30,359 bases of DNA from Gemmatimonadota bacterium (GTDB lineage: Bacteria; Gemmatimonadota; Gemmatimonadetes; Palauibacterales; Palauibacteraceae), in contig JBHIAV010000034.1 of NCBI GenBank assembly GCA_046758745.1, positions 1 to 30,359 on the forward strand. Reading direction: 5' to 3'. Positions 17,249-26,351 of this stretch are shown piece by piece. Numbering within the stretch: position 1 is the stretch's first letter; each line of letters begins with the position of its first letter. A program made the position numbers and the translations under genes. Below the pieces are notes generated by a model. That model was not told the origin of the DNA. It saw only the letters and a program-made list of their open reading frames with translations, and did not search any database.

Positions 17249-17314
17249 GCCCTCCCCACGACCGCAGAGATCGCGCGCATGCCGCCTCCAGCTCAACCCG
17301 TTGCACGATTGCTA

Positions 17315-17342
17315 GTTACACCTTCCGATGGGATACGGTTCC
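17315..17342 (-). promoter_or_regulatory. Possible ECF-sigma-type internal promoter upstream of lolA
   Basis: The minus strand reads GGAACC-N16-TGTAAC in a relatively AT-rich 103-bp gap between ftsK and lolA. Confidence 0.3.
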
Positions 17343-17351
17343 TGATCCTTC

Positions 17352-19679
17352 TCACCCGTGTCCCCCAAGCACGTCCTCCCCGCGCATCATCGCCTCGAAC
17401 TGGTCGTGCGTGACGAGCACCTCACGCGGCTTGGAACCGTCCGGCGGACCGAGCACGCCGGCCTCCTGCAACTGGTCGATGATCCGAGCGGCGCGGCCGT
17501 ATCCGATCTTGAGCCTGCGCTGAAGCAGGCTCGTCGAGCCGGAGTTGTGGTTGATGACCACCTCCGCCGCCTGTCGGAAAAGCTCGTCCCACTCTCCGGC
17601 GATCCCCTCGGCGACGTCGCCTCTCCCCTCCTCGGCCTCCAGTTCCTGCACCTCCTCGAGGATGTCCGTCTCGGACCTACGCGCCCGCGCCATCTCGCGG
17701 CGCAGCTCGGACTGCTGGTGGTACCACGAGATCAGCCGTTCCCTGTCCTGCGTGTCGAGAAACGCGCCCTGTAGACGGACGGGGTCGGACTTGCCGGGCG
17801 GCAGGAAGAGCATGTCCCCGTTTCCGAGCAGGCTCTCCGCTCCGTTCTGATCGAGGATCGTACGGCTGTCGGTCTTCGAGGCGACACGGAAGGCGATCCG
17901 ACAGGGGAAGTTGGCCTTGATGAGCCCGGTGATGATGTTCACGGAGGGACGCTGTGTGGCCACCACGAGGTGGATCCCGACGGCGCGTGCCTTCTGCGCG
18001 AGAATGGTCAGCGGCGTCTCCACCTCGGCCTGCACGGTCATGATGAGATCGGCCAGCTCGTCGATCACCAGGACAATGTATGGTAGGATCCCCCCATCGT
18101 ACTCGATCTTCAGCGCCGCCGGCAGGTGGACTTGCTTGCCGCGCCGCACTCTCCGATTGAACTCGATGAGGTTGCGGCAGGCGTTCGCGGAGAGGAGGGC
18201 GTACCGGCCTTCCATCTGATACATGGCCCACCGGAGCACTCGGGCAGCGTCGTTGTTGTCGGTGACGACGGGGTGCCTGAGGTGCGGCAGCTCGTTGTAC
18301 ACGGCGAGCTCGACCATCTTCGGGTCGACCATGAGCAGGCGGAGCTCCCGAGGCGTGTGCCGGTACACCAGACTCGTCACAAGCGTGTTGATGCAGATCG
18401 ATTTTCCCGAGCCGGTGGCGCCCGCGATGAGCAGGTGCGGCATGCGAGCCAGATCCGCGCAGTACGGGTTTCCCGCGAGATCGCGGCCGAGACCGAGGGG
18501 GAGGACGGCGCGCGACCTCTGATAGGCGGGGGACTCCAGGATCTCCCGCAGGTAGACGACCTCCGGCTCGGGATTCGGCACCTCCACTCCGACCGCGCCC
18601 TTGCCGGGGATCGGCGCCACGATGCGGACGGAGGGCGCGCGCAGCGCGAGGGCGAGGTCGTCCGACAGGGCCGCGATCTGTCCGACCTTCACACCCGCCG
18701 CGGGTACTACCTCGAACTGGGTGACTACGGGGCCCGTCGTCCACCCCCCGATGCGTCCCTCTACCCGGAAGGTAGCCAGCTTCTCGATCAGGACATCCCC
18801 GAGCTCCCGCAGCTCCCGGGGAGCGAGGCCCGTCCCGCTCCTGCCCGGGAGGGAGAGCAGATCGAGCGGAGGAAGGGCCGTCTGAGCGAGGTCGCCTGGG
18901 TCCGCCAGAGCGGGCGCCCCGTCCCCCGCCCCTTTGTCAGCGGCGCCGGCGACCGGCGCGACAGGCCCTTCGAGAGGCGGCTCCGCCCGCTCCGCCGCCG
19001 GGGGTGTCGGCCCATCGGAGATCGACCCGGAGTCGGGCGTCGCCCGCTCCCACGGAGAGAGCGGCTCGGTCGCCGTCGTTCCCGCGGCGCCCCACAAACG
19101 GAGCCGGCCACGGAGGCCGCGGAACGCCGCGGAGAGCCGTCCCGATCCGAGCCTGGCCGCCCGCGCCACGCCCCGGGTGGCTCGGCTGACTCCGCGCACC
19201 GGCGACCATCCCAGCGTGAGCACCGTGAGCGCCAGGAGGAGCGCCGCCACGATGAGCCAGGCTCCCAAGCTCCCGAACGCCCCTACCAGAAGGTGGCCGA
19301 GCGCGCCACCGAGCCAGCCCGTCGTCGGGTTCGGCTCTCCGGGAACGGCGCCGCCGAGGAGCCACAGACCGGGCGGAAGGAGGAGAAGGACACCGCCGCT
19401 CAGCACGGACCACCGGACCGCGACCCCGGTGGCGAGGACGCCGAAGAAACGGAGGCCCCAGACAAAGGCCGGTATCACCACGACGAAGGTCGCCACCCCG
19501 AAGGCGGCGGTCAGCCAGCGGTGGAGCGCCTCTCCGGCAGGGCCCACCAGATTTCTCGCTTCCCCTCCACCACCCGTGACGGCGGAGGGGAGGAGGGCGA
19601 GGGCGAGCAGGACGCCGAGCGCCGTGAGGCCGACGCCGAGCGCTTCTTCTCGATGCCGATCGTTCAGGAAGCGGCCCAT
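17352..19679 (-). CDS. ftsK: DNA translocase FtsK/SpoIIIE
   Basis: N-terminal 4TM domain and linker; GPVVTQFE and RIVAPIPGK; Walker A GATGSGKS; DELAD; ATQRPS; GAESLLGNGDML; gamma domain STSLLQRRLKIGYGRAARIID. ATG at 19679 with a GGAG RBS. Confidence 0.97.
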   Translation of the reverse strand: MGRFLNDRHREEALGVGLTALGVLLALALLPSAVTGGGGEARNLVGPAGEALHRWLTAAFGVATFVVVIPAFVWGLRFFGVLATGVAVRWSVLSGGVLLLLPPGLWLLGGAVPGEPNPTTGWLGGALGHLLVGAFGSLGAWLIVAALLLALTVLTLGWSPVRGVSRATRGVARAARLGSGRLSAAFRGLRGRLRLWGAAGTTATEPLSPWERATPDSGSISDGPTPPAAERAEPPLEGPVAPVAGAADKGAGDGAPALADPGDLAQTALPPLDLLSLPGRSGTGLAPRELRELGDVLIEKLATFRVEGRIGGWTTGPVVTQFEVVPAAGVKVGQIAALSDDLALALRAPSVRIVAPIPGKGAVGVEVPNPEPEVVYLREILESPAYQRSRAVLPLGLGRDLAGNPYCADLARMPHLLIAGATGSGKSICINTLVTSLVYRHTPRELRLLMVDPKMVELAVYNELPHLRHPVVTDNNDAARVLRWAMYQMEGRYALLSANACRNLIEFNRRVRRGKQVHLPAALKIEYDGGILPYIVLVIDELADLIMTVQAEVETPLTILAQKARAVGIHLVVATQRPSVNIITGLIKANFPCRIAFRVASKTDSRTILDQNGAESLLGNGDMLFLPPGKSDPVRLQGAFLDTQDRERLISWYHQQSELRREMARARRSETDILEEVQELEAEEGRGDVAEGIAGEWDELFRQAAEVVINHNSGSTSLLQRRLKIGYGRAARIIDQLQEAGVLGPPDGSKPREVLVTHDQFEAMMRGEDVLGGHG

Positions 19680-19683
19680 TTTT

Positions 19684-20406
19684 CTACTCCGGAAGCACGA
19701 GACCCCCGTCGCGCATCTCCGGGACGGCCGAACTGACATCGGCCGCCGCGCAATACGGCAGGTCTTCCACCAGGCCGATCTCCGCCAACGCCTTCCCGGC
19801 CGCCGTAGTGACGAGGAAATCCGCCGTGGGCCGACCGAGGGCGGCCGCCACCTCCAGCGCCGCCCGGGCTCCGTCCGACAGCTCGTTCTGCCCATCGTCC
19901 GAGAGGAACGACCGGACCATCAGGCCGGCACACACCGCATCATCCAGGCTCACGGTCCCGTGACGGGCCGCGCACACGAAGGCCGGCGCGAGCCCGCTCG
20001 CCCGGACACGGCGGACCACCGAGCTCATGTTTCGCAGGCAGCCGATCAGGAGGAGGTCCGCTCCCGCCGCCCGACACATGGCCGGAGTGCCGTTTGTCGT
20101 GCTCACTACCAGGGTTGCCTCCGCGACCCGGTCCGCCGTGAACTCCATGGGAGAGTTGCCCAGGTCGTACCCCTCGACCTTGACACCGCCGCGTTCGCCG
20201 CACAGGAGCACGTTCGACCGACCGAGCGAGTTGGCAATCCGCATCGCTTCTTCGGTCGACTCGGCGGGTATGGCGCAGCGCGCTCCGGCCTCGAGCGCGG
20301 TGAGGATCGTAGTGGCCGAACGGAGCACGTCGACGACCACCGCCACACGACCCTCGAGATCGATGCCGGTTACGCCGGCCGGCGTCCATAGAACGTCGAT
20401 CCTCAT
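19684..20406 (-). CDS. comB: 2-phosphosulfolactate phosphatase (ComB) family protein
   Basis: [30 protein letters not shown] and SLDDAVCAG motifs. Confidence 0.9.
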   Translation of the reverse strand: MRIDVLWTPAGVTGIDLEGRVAVVVDVLRSATTILTALEAGARCAIPAESTEEAMRIANSLGRSNVLLCGERGGVKVEGYDLGNSPMEFTADRVAEATLVVSTTNGTPAMCRAAGADLLLIGCLRNMSSVVRRVRASGLAPAFVCAARHGTVSLDDAVCAGLMVRSFLSDDGQNELSDGARAALEVAAALGRPTADFLVTTAAGKALAEIGLVEDLPYCAAADVSSAVPEMRDGGLVLPE

Positions 20407-21746
20407 GCCGCCCCTTGCATACGCTCGACGAAGCGAGTGTCGATCCGGCCGGCCACGAAGTCCGGATGCTGCAGGACCTCACGCAGGAAGGGAATCGTGG
20501 TGTGGATCCCTTCCACGATGAGAGCATCCAGGGCATGGTAAGCCCTCCCGAGGGCCTCCCCACGGCTGTTCCCGTGCGCGATGAGCTTGGCCAGGAGGGA
20601 GTCGTAATAGGGCGGAACGGTGTAGCCGGCGTACACGTGCGTGTCGAGGCGGATCCCGGGTCCGCCGGGCGCGTGAAAGGCGGTGATCGTCCCCGGCGAA
20701 GGGCAAAACCCGTTCGCGGGGTCCTCGGCGTTGATGCGGCATTCGATCGCGTGGCCGCGAAGATTGCGCCGCTTGCCCAGCTCGATGCGTCCCCCGGCGG
20801 CGATTCGGATCTGCTCTTTCACCAGATCCACGGATGTCGTGACCTCCGTCACCGGGTGCTCTACCTGGATCCGTGTGTTCATCTCCATGAAGTAGAAGCT
20901 ACCGTCTTCATCCAGGAGGAACTCGATCGTCCCGGCGTTCCGGTATCCGATCGCCCGGCCCCCCAGCACGGCCGCCTCTCCCATTCGCTCGCGGAGCTCC
21001 GGAGTGAGCGCCGGGCTCGGCGCCTCCTCGATCAGCTTCTGATGACGCCGTTGCACCGAGCAGTCGCGTTCGCCGAGGTGAACCAGGTTGCCGTGGTGGT
21101 CGCCCAGCACCTGAATCTCCACGTGGCGCGGTCGAGCGATGTAGCGTTCGAGATACACCCGCGGGTCCTTGAAGGCAGCATTGGCCTCGTTTCGCGCCAT
21201 AGAGAGGGCGCGCCTGAACTCATCCTCGTCGCGGGCGACGCGCATCCCCTTACCGCCCCCCCCGGCCGCCGCCTTGATCATGACCGGGTACGCGATTCGC
21301 GCCGCCTCAGCGAGCGCCTCCTCCTCGCTCTCCACCAGGACGTCCGAGCCCGGAACGACCGGCACGCCGGCCGCGGCCATGGTTCGGCGGGCCTCGGCTT
21401 TGTCCCCCATCTTACGAATTTGCTCGGCGGTCGGCCCGATGAACGCGATCCCGGAGCGCTCACAGATCTCCGCGAACTCGGCGTTTTCGGAGAGAAACCC
21501 GTACCCGGGATGGATCGCGTCGGCACCGGAGATCTCGGCCGCGGCGACGATGCGGGGAATGTTCAGGTAGCTGTCTCGCCCCGCCGCCGGCCCGACGCAG
21601 ATGTCTTCATCGGAGAAGCGCACGTGCAGCGAGTCCCGATCGGCTTGGGAGTATACCGCCACCGTCTTCACTCCCAGCTCGCGACACGCTCGGATGATGC
21701 GGAGCGCGATCTCGCCTCGGTTGGCGATCAGGATCTTGCTGAACAC
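20403..21746 (-). CDS. accC: Acetyl-CoA carboxylase biotin carboxylase subunit
   Basis: [57 protein letters not shown] and YYDSLLAK motifs. Confidence 0.98.
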   Translation of the reverse strand: MFSKILIANRGEIALRIIRACRELGVKTVAVYSQADRDSLHVRFSDEDICVGPAAGRDSYLNIPRIVAAAEISGADAIHPGYGFLSENAEFAEICERSGIAFIGPTAEQIRKMGDKAEARRTMAAAGVPVVPGSDVLVESEEEALAEAARIAYPVMIKAAAGGGGKGMRVARDEDEFRRALSMARNEANAAFKDPRVYLERYIARPRHVEIQVLGDHHGNLVHLGERDCSVQRRHQKLIEEAPSPALTPELRERMGEAAVLGGRAIGYRNAGTIEFLLDEDGSFYFMEMNTRIQVEHPVTEVTTSVDLVKEQIRIAAGGRIELGKRRNLRGHAIECRINAEDPANGFCPSPGTITAFHAPGGPGIRLDTHVYAGYTVPPYYDSLLAKLIAHGNSRGEALGRAYHALDALIVEGIHTTIPFLREVLQHPDFVAGRIDTRFVERMQGAA

Positions 21747-21752
21747 GACCGG

Positions 21753-22277
21753 TCAGTTGGACCCGTCCGGTTCGATCCGGAAGAGCACCTCCCCGTACTC
21801 GACCGGCTCGGCGTTCTCGAGGCAGATCTCCCGAATCGTGCCGCTCACCTCGGATTCGAGCTCGTTCATTAGCTTCATCGCCTCGAGGATGCACAGCGTT
21901 TGGCCCTTCCGGACGCGGTCTCCCACCTCGACGTACGCCGGAGCGTCCGGCGCGGGGGCCCGGTAGAAGGTGCCGACCATCGGCGAGATGACCTCGAAGA
22001 CCTCGACCGCACCGGCCGTTTCCTCCGGCGGTGCTTCGGCGGGGGAAGGCTGGGGGGCAGCCGTGGCGGGGAGGCCGGGCCCGGAGCCGGAGCCCACGAC
22101 CGCGTCGGATGCTGTCCCATTCGAGACAGAGGAGGAGGGGGCGGCTCCGTCGAGCAGGTGAACGGGTGGGGACTTGGAGAGTCGGATCCGGGTGGCCCAT
22201 CTCCGGATCTCGATCGAGTCGATGTTCGACTCGTCGACCAGCTCGATCAGGCGACGTACCCAATCGAGATCGATCAT
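21753..22277 (-). CDS. accB: Acetyl-CoA carboxylase biotin carboxyl carrier protein
   Basis: SPMVGTFY, the EAMKLMNE biotinylation motif and an Ala/Pro linker; adjacent to accC. Confidence 0.97.
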   Translation of the reverse strand: MIDLDWVRRLIELVDESNIDSIEIRRWATRIRLSKSPPVHLLDGAAPSSSVSNGTASDAVVGSGSGPGLPATAAPQPSPAEAPPEETAGAVEVFEVISPMVGTFYRAPAPDAPAYVEVGDRVRKGQTLCILEAMKLMNELESEVSGTIREICLENAEPVEYGEVLFRIEPDGSN

Positions 22278-22840
22278 GACGAAACCCGCGTGAGATACTT
22301 ATTGACCGTGCGGTCGACCCGCACTACGTCCCCTTTCTCGATGAAGAGCGGGACCTGTATCACCGCGCCGGGCTTCAGCGTGGCCGGCTTGGTCCCTCCC
22401 TGGGCCGTATCGCCGCGCACCCCGGGGTCGGTCTCCACCACCTCCAGCTCCACGAACTGCGGGAGCTGTACCGCCAGAACCTCACCGTCCCGGCTCAACC
22501 CCTCGCACTCCATGTTCTCCTCGAGGTAAGCAAGCTGATCCGCGCCGACGGTATCCCCCGACAGCGGGATCATCTCGAAGGTCTCCATGTCCATGAAATA
22601 ATGGATGTCCCCGTCGGCGTACGAATACTGGATCGGTCTCCGAACAAGGCGAACGTCGGTGACCCTCTCCCCGGCCCTGAACGTCCGGTCGATCACCGCG
22701 CCGGTCATCACCGACTTGAGCTTCGTGCGGACGAACGCCCCGCCCTTTCCCGGCTTCACGTGCTGGAAATAGGTGATCGTGTACAGGGTGCCATCCAGCT
22801 CGATCACCATGCCGTTTCGAAAGTCCGATGTGACCGCCAT
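22274..22840 (-). CDS. efp: Elongation factor P
   Basis: HVKPGKGGAFVRTKLK, PGVRGDTA and VPLFI motifs. Confidence 0.98.
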   Translation of the reverse strand: MAVTSDFRNGMVIELDGTLYTITYFQHVKPGKGGAFVRTKLKSVMTGAVIDRTFRAGERVTDVRLVRRPIQYSYADGDIHYFMDMETFEMIPLSGDTVGADQLAYLEENMECEGLSRDGEVLAVQLPQFVELEVVETDPGVRGDTAQGGTKPATLKPGAVIQVPLFIEKGDVVRVDRTVNKYLTRVSS

Positions 22841-22912
22841 ACCCTTTGGTCAGGTGCCTCATCATGACGCGGCGCGGCCCGCCGTCGGGCCGAGCCACGC
22901 CGCGCAAATCGC

Positions 22913-24019
22913 TCAAAGCTCGAGGAGAGTCCGTGGGACGAGGGTGAGGACCCTGGGGACGGCGTCCTGGACCACGACATCCTCCTCGATCCGCACCCCT
23001 CCCCGGCCGGCAAGATACACGCCCGGCTCCACCGTGACCACGTTTCCGGGCCGGAGAAGCTCCTCAGACGTACGGTGCAAGCGCGGGGCCTCGTGCACCT
23101 CGAGCCCGAGACCATGGCCGGTGCTGTGGCCGAAGTGTTCGAGCAGGCCGGCCGCATCCAGGGCTTCCCGGGCCGCCTGATCCACCGCCCGCGCCGGTCG
23201 GCCGACCTCCAGCCGGGCCAGGGCGGCTTCCACTGCCCCTCGTACGGCCTCGTGAATCTCGCACTGCCACGGCGCGGGCGGTCCCAGAACGGCGGTGCGC
23301 GTCATGTCGGAACAGTACCCGTCAACCCGCGCCCCGAAGTCGCAGAGGAGCAGGTCACCCTCCGCGAGACGGCGATCAGAGGGACGCGCATGCGGAAGGG
23401 CGCTTCTCGGACCGCTCGCCACGATGGACTCGAAGGGGGGTGATTCGGAACCTGCCACGCGAAGGCGGTAGTCCAGCTCTGCAGCCACCTCTCTCTCGTT
23501 CATCCCTTCCCGAACCAGCGCGATCGTCTCCTCGAAGGCGCGCGCCGCGATTCCGGCAGCCCGCGCGATTTGAGCCAGCTCATCCGCATCCTTCTGCGCG
23601 CGCATCTCCTCCAGGATGGGCGGTGCGGGCTCCCAGACCGATCGGTCGCACTTTTCTCCGATCTCGCGGCGCTCCTGCACGGTCACGCGTTCGGCCTCGA
23701 AGCCCAGCACCCGCCCTCCCCCGCCCCGCTCAAGCTGAGCGGCCAGCTCGGCGATGAGGCCATCACGCGTGATCCTCACGCCGACCGCAGGGTCTACCTC
23801 CTCCACCGCCTGCTGTTCGTACCGGAAGTCCGTGATCAGTGTGGCGGCGTCCGGCTGCACGAGGAGAAGGCCGCTGGAACCGCTGAAGCCCGAGAGGTAG
23901 CGGACGTTGGGCAGGTGGCTGACCAGGAGCCCGTGAACCCCGGCTTCGCGGAGGGCATCACGAAGTCGGTCGAGCCTCTTCTGGTGTGGGGAACGGCGCT
24001 CGTCCGGTGGAGGCGTCAC
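22913..24019 (-). CDS. Xaa-Pro aminopeptidase/dipeptidase (M24B)
   Basis: [40 protein letters not shown] and GVRIEED motifs. The GTG at 24019 overlaps the aroQ stop (GTGA). Confidence 0.95.
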   Translation of the reverse strand: MTPPPDERRSPHQKRLDRLRDALREAGVHGLLVSHLPNVRYLSGFSGSSGLLLVQPDAATLITDFRYEQQAVEEVDPAVGVRITRDGLIAELAAQLERGGGGRVLGFEAERVTVQERREIGEKCDRSVWEPAPPILEEMRAQKDADELAQIARAAGIAARAFEETIALVREGMNEREVAAELDYRLRVAGSESPPFESIVASGPRSALPHARPSDRRLAEGDLLLCDFGARVDGYCSDMTRTAVLGPPAPWQCEIHEAVRGAVEAALARLEVGRPARAVDQAAREALDAAGLLEHFGHSTGHGLGLEVHEAPRLHRTSEELLRPGNVVTVEPGVYLAGRGGVRIEEDVVVQDAVPRVLTLVPRTLLEL

Positions 24020-24456
24020 CCGTTGGCCCGCAGGTGCTCGACGAGCGCCGTCAGGCCTAACAGATAGCTGTTCGCCCGGAAGCCGGCGATGACCCCGACC
24101 GCCCGATCGGCGAGAAGGGAGCGCCGACGGAATGGTTCGCGCGCGAGCACGTTCGACAGGTGGACCTCCACGAACGGACGACGGCTGGCCACCAGGGCAT
24201 CGCGCAGCGCGACGCTCGTATGCGTGTAGCCCCCGGCGTTGATGAGCCATCCGGAGACCTCGGGGGATCGCTGCTGGACCCAGTCGATCAGCTCACCCTC
24301 GTGGTTGGACTGCACCGACACGACCTCGACGGCGAGCTTCAAGGCTCGCTCGCGGAGCATGGCCTCGATCTCCTCCAGGCTGCGGCCACCGTAGTGCGTG
24401 TCCTCACGCGCACCCAGGAGGTTGAGGTTAGGTCCGTGCAGGACGCCGATGCGCAT
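24016..24456 (-). CDS. aroQ: Type II 3-dehydroquinate dehydratase
   Basis: [34 protein letters not shown] and EVHLSN motifs. Confidence 0.97.
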   Translation of the reverse strand: MRIGVLHGPNLNLLGAREDTHYGGRSLEEIEAMLRERALKLAVEVVSVQSNHEGELIDWVQQRSPEVSGWLINAGGYTHTSVALRDALVASRRPFVEVHLSNVLAREPFRRRSLLADRAVGVIAGFRANSYLLGLTALVEHLRANG

Positions 24457-24462
24457 CCGCCG

Positions 24463-26049
24463 CTAGCCTCCCAGCTCCCGCAGCCACTTCCGAAAGGCGG
24501 TGCTGGTCCCGCTCCGCATCCGCGTGCTCGCGGTCCCGTCGGGGCTCGTCTCCCTCGCTTCCTCTCCGCCGCCACGCTCGGTCATCCTCGCCACGGCGGC
24601 GTCGCCCGCCCGCAGTAGCGTCTGGAGGTGCGTACGGATGGTAGCGGGCCGAGTCTCCGGGCGAACTCCGCGTTCGGGCTCCACCTGTTCGATGACGTCC
24701 GGGGAGGCGCCGCCGGGCGCCTCCTCGCCACCCGCGGTCGACGGTCCGGCGGCCGGCTCCGGGGTCGAGGCCCCTTCCAGCGGTTGCGCCCCGCCCTTCG
24801 CCGCCGACGAGTCCGGCCTTTCACCGCTTCCAGGACCGTTGTTGGAAGGATCCCGCCAGCCGGCCCCCTCTTCATCCGTCCCGCGATCGCGACCCCGTTG
24901 CTCGGCCACTTCTCCCGCGGGAGCCTCCGCCACGGCCGGGTCATCGCCCCGAGCCACTTCCGGAGCGCCCGGTGCCTCGGCACGCGTCTCGATCGCTCTT
25001 CCGGCGCCTGCTTCCAGAGCCTCGAACCGCCTTCCCTGCTCGGCCGGAGGCTCTGCCGAAGATGTCGAGGCCGCCTCGTCCCGGCTCACCTCGCCTTCGG
25101 CGGGCCGATCGGAGGGTTGGGCGCTGGCGGCGTCCTGCGTCTCCTCACTCGCCGGGCTCGGAACAGCCTCTCCGCGCATTCGTGCGCGGGTATCCGTGAG
25201 CCGCCGCCGGAGATCGGCATCGTCCGGGCGGTCCTTAAGGAGCTCCTGGTAGATCTCGATCGCCTCCTCGTACAGTCCCTGTCCGGCGTACAGCTCCGCC
25301 ATCGTGCGGGTCAGGAGATCCCCGTCCTCTGCATCCTCTTCCTCGCGCGGCGGCTCGGGCTCACGCTCCCACAGGTCCTGCCACGGCGAGCGTCCCGCAT
25401 CGGGGGGTTCGACGGGGGGCGCCTCCGTCGTAGCTTCCTCCCACCACGAGATCCCCGGGTCTCGCGCCTCCGACTCATCCGCCCCCTCGACACTCGTCTC
25501 CGGCTTCTTCCGGCCGGCCGCGCTGTCACCGCTCCTGGAGCCGGCGGCTTCATCCACCCGGTCCCCCAACGGCGTCGGCGGAGACGTCTCGGCCGGTGCG
25601 GCCTCCGCTCCGCCCCGGGCGTCCGCGCGATCCTGCTGCAGCTCGAGGGCCGCCAGCGTCCGCCGGGCTTCTTCATTCACGGGATCCACCTGGATCAAGC
25701 GCGAGAGCCACCGGTGGGCGGCGGAGACGTCGGACCGCTCCAGCGCGAGCTCCGCGAGGGCTCTCAGGGCGACGAGGTTCTGCGCGTCCCGCTCCAGGAC
25801 CGCCTCGAACGCTTTGACCGCTTCGCCCGGCCGGCCCAGGTCGGCGTACGCGCGGGCGCGAACGATATGCGCGCTAAGGTAATCGGCGTGGCGCGAAAGC
25901 CCTTCGCCGAGGACCGCGAGGGCCCGCTCGGGATCTCCCGCTTTCCGGTAGGCGTCCGCAAGCCTGGCGAAGACGAGGCTGTCGGGATTGCGCGAGTACT
26001 GCTCCTCGTATCTCCGGATCTCTTCAGCTAAGGAGGGGTTCGAGCTCAT
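24463..26049 (-). CDS. Cytoplasmic TPR protein with long acidic low-complexity linkers
   Basis: ATG at 26049. N-terminal TPRs (FARLADAYRKAG...), an isolated internal TPR (TRTMAELYAGQGLYEEAIEIYQELL), E/A/P/G-rich linkers and a C-terminal amphipathic FRKWLREL. Confidence 0.8.
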   Translation of the reverse strand: MSSNPSLAEEIRRYEEQYSRNPDSLVFARLADAYRKAGDPERALAVLGEGLSRHADYLSAHIVRARAYADLGRPGEAVKAFEAVLERDAQNLVALRALAELALERSDVSAAHRWLSRLIQVDPVNEEARRTLAALELQQDRADARGGAEAAPAETSPPTPLGDRVDEAAGSRSGDSAAGRKKPETSVEGADESEARDPGISWWEEATTEAPPVEPPDAGRSPWQDLWEREPEPPREEEDAEDGDLLTRTMAELYAGQGLYEEAIEIYQELLKDRPDDADLRRRLTDTRARMRGEAVPSPASEETQDAASAQPSDRPAEGEVSRDEAASTSSAEPPAEQGRRFEALEAGAGRAIETRAEAPGAPEVARGDDPAVAEAPAGEVAEQRGRDRGTDEEGAGWRDPSNNGPGSGERPDSSAAKGGAQPLEGASTPEPAAGPSTAGGEEAPGGASPDVIEQVEPERGVRPETRPATIRTHLQTLLRAGDAAVARMTERGGGEEARETSPDGTASTRMRSGTSTAFRKWLRELGG

Positions 26050-26094
26050 GCGGTTCGCGGTATCATGGGAATGATGGGAGAGCGGCTGTGCGCC

Positions 26095-26124
26095 AAGATA
26101 CCCGCGGCTTTCGAACGGTGTCAA
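26095..26124 (-). promoter_or_regulatory. Sigma70-type promoter for the long minus-strand gene run
   Basis: Minus strand TTGACA-N18-TATCTT, with the -10 box ending about 45 nt upstream of the ATG at 26049. Confidence 0.7.
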
Positions 26125-26232
26125 ACACACCAGCGGGCCGTGGGGTGGCCTCGGCGGACGCGGCTGTGCCGTTGGCGGGCCGCCGCGTCGGCATCGGCAG
26201 GCCGCTGTCGCTGGCAGCGGTCGAAGGACAAG

Positions 26233-26261
26233 TTGCCCATGCGGAGCGCGATGCGTAGCTT
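26233..26261 (+). promoter_or_regulatory. Possible sigma70-type promoter for the ppiD-like gene
   Basis: TTGCCC-N17-TAGCTT about 90 nt upstream of the ATG at 26352. Confidence 0.4.
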
Positions 26262-26351
26262 TTTCGCCGTTAGCTTTCAGGCGTTCAACGCGGCTCGCAC
26301 GGGCCGCGTTCTTTTCTTGGAAGCCGCCATCCGGCCGGAGCGTACGTCGAT

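Noticed and set aside
22274..22840. Unusual EF-P modification system
   Set aside because: EF-P has the ordinary KPGKG loop, and no epmA, epmB, earP or ymfI-like gene is recognisable nearby.
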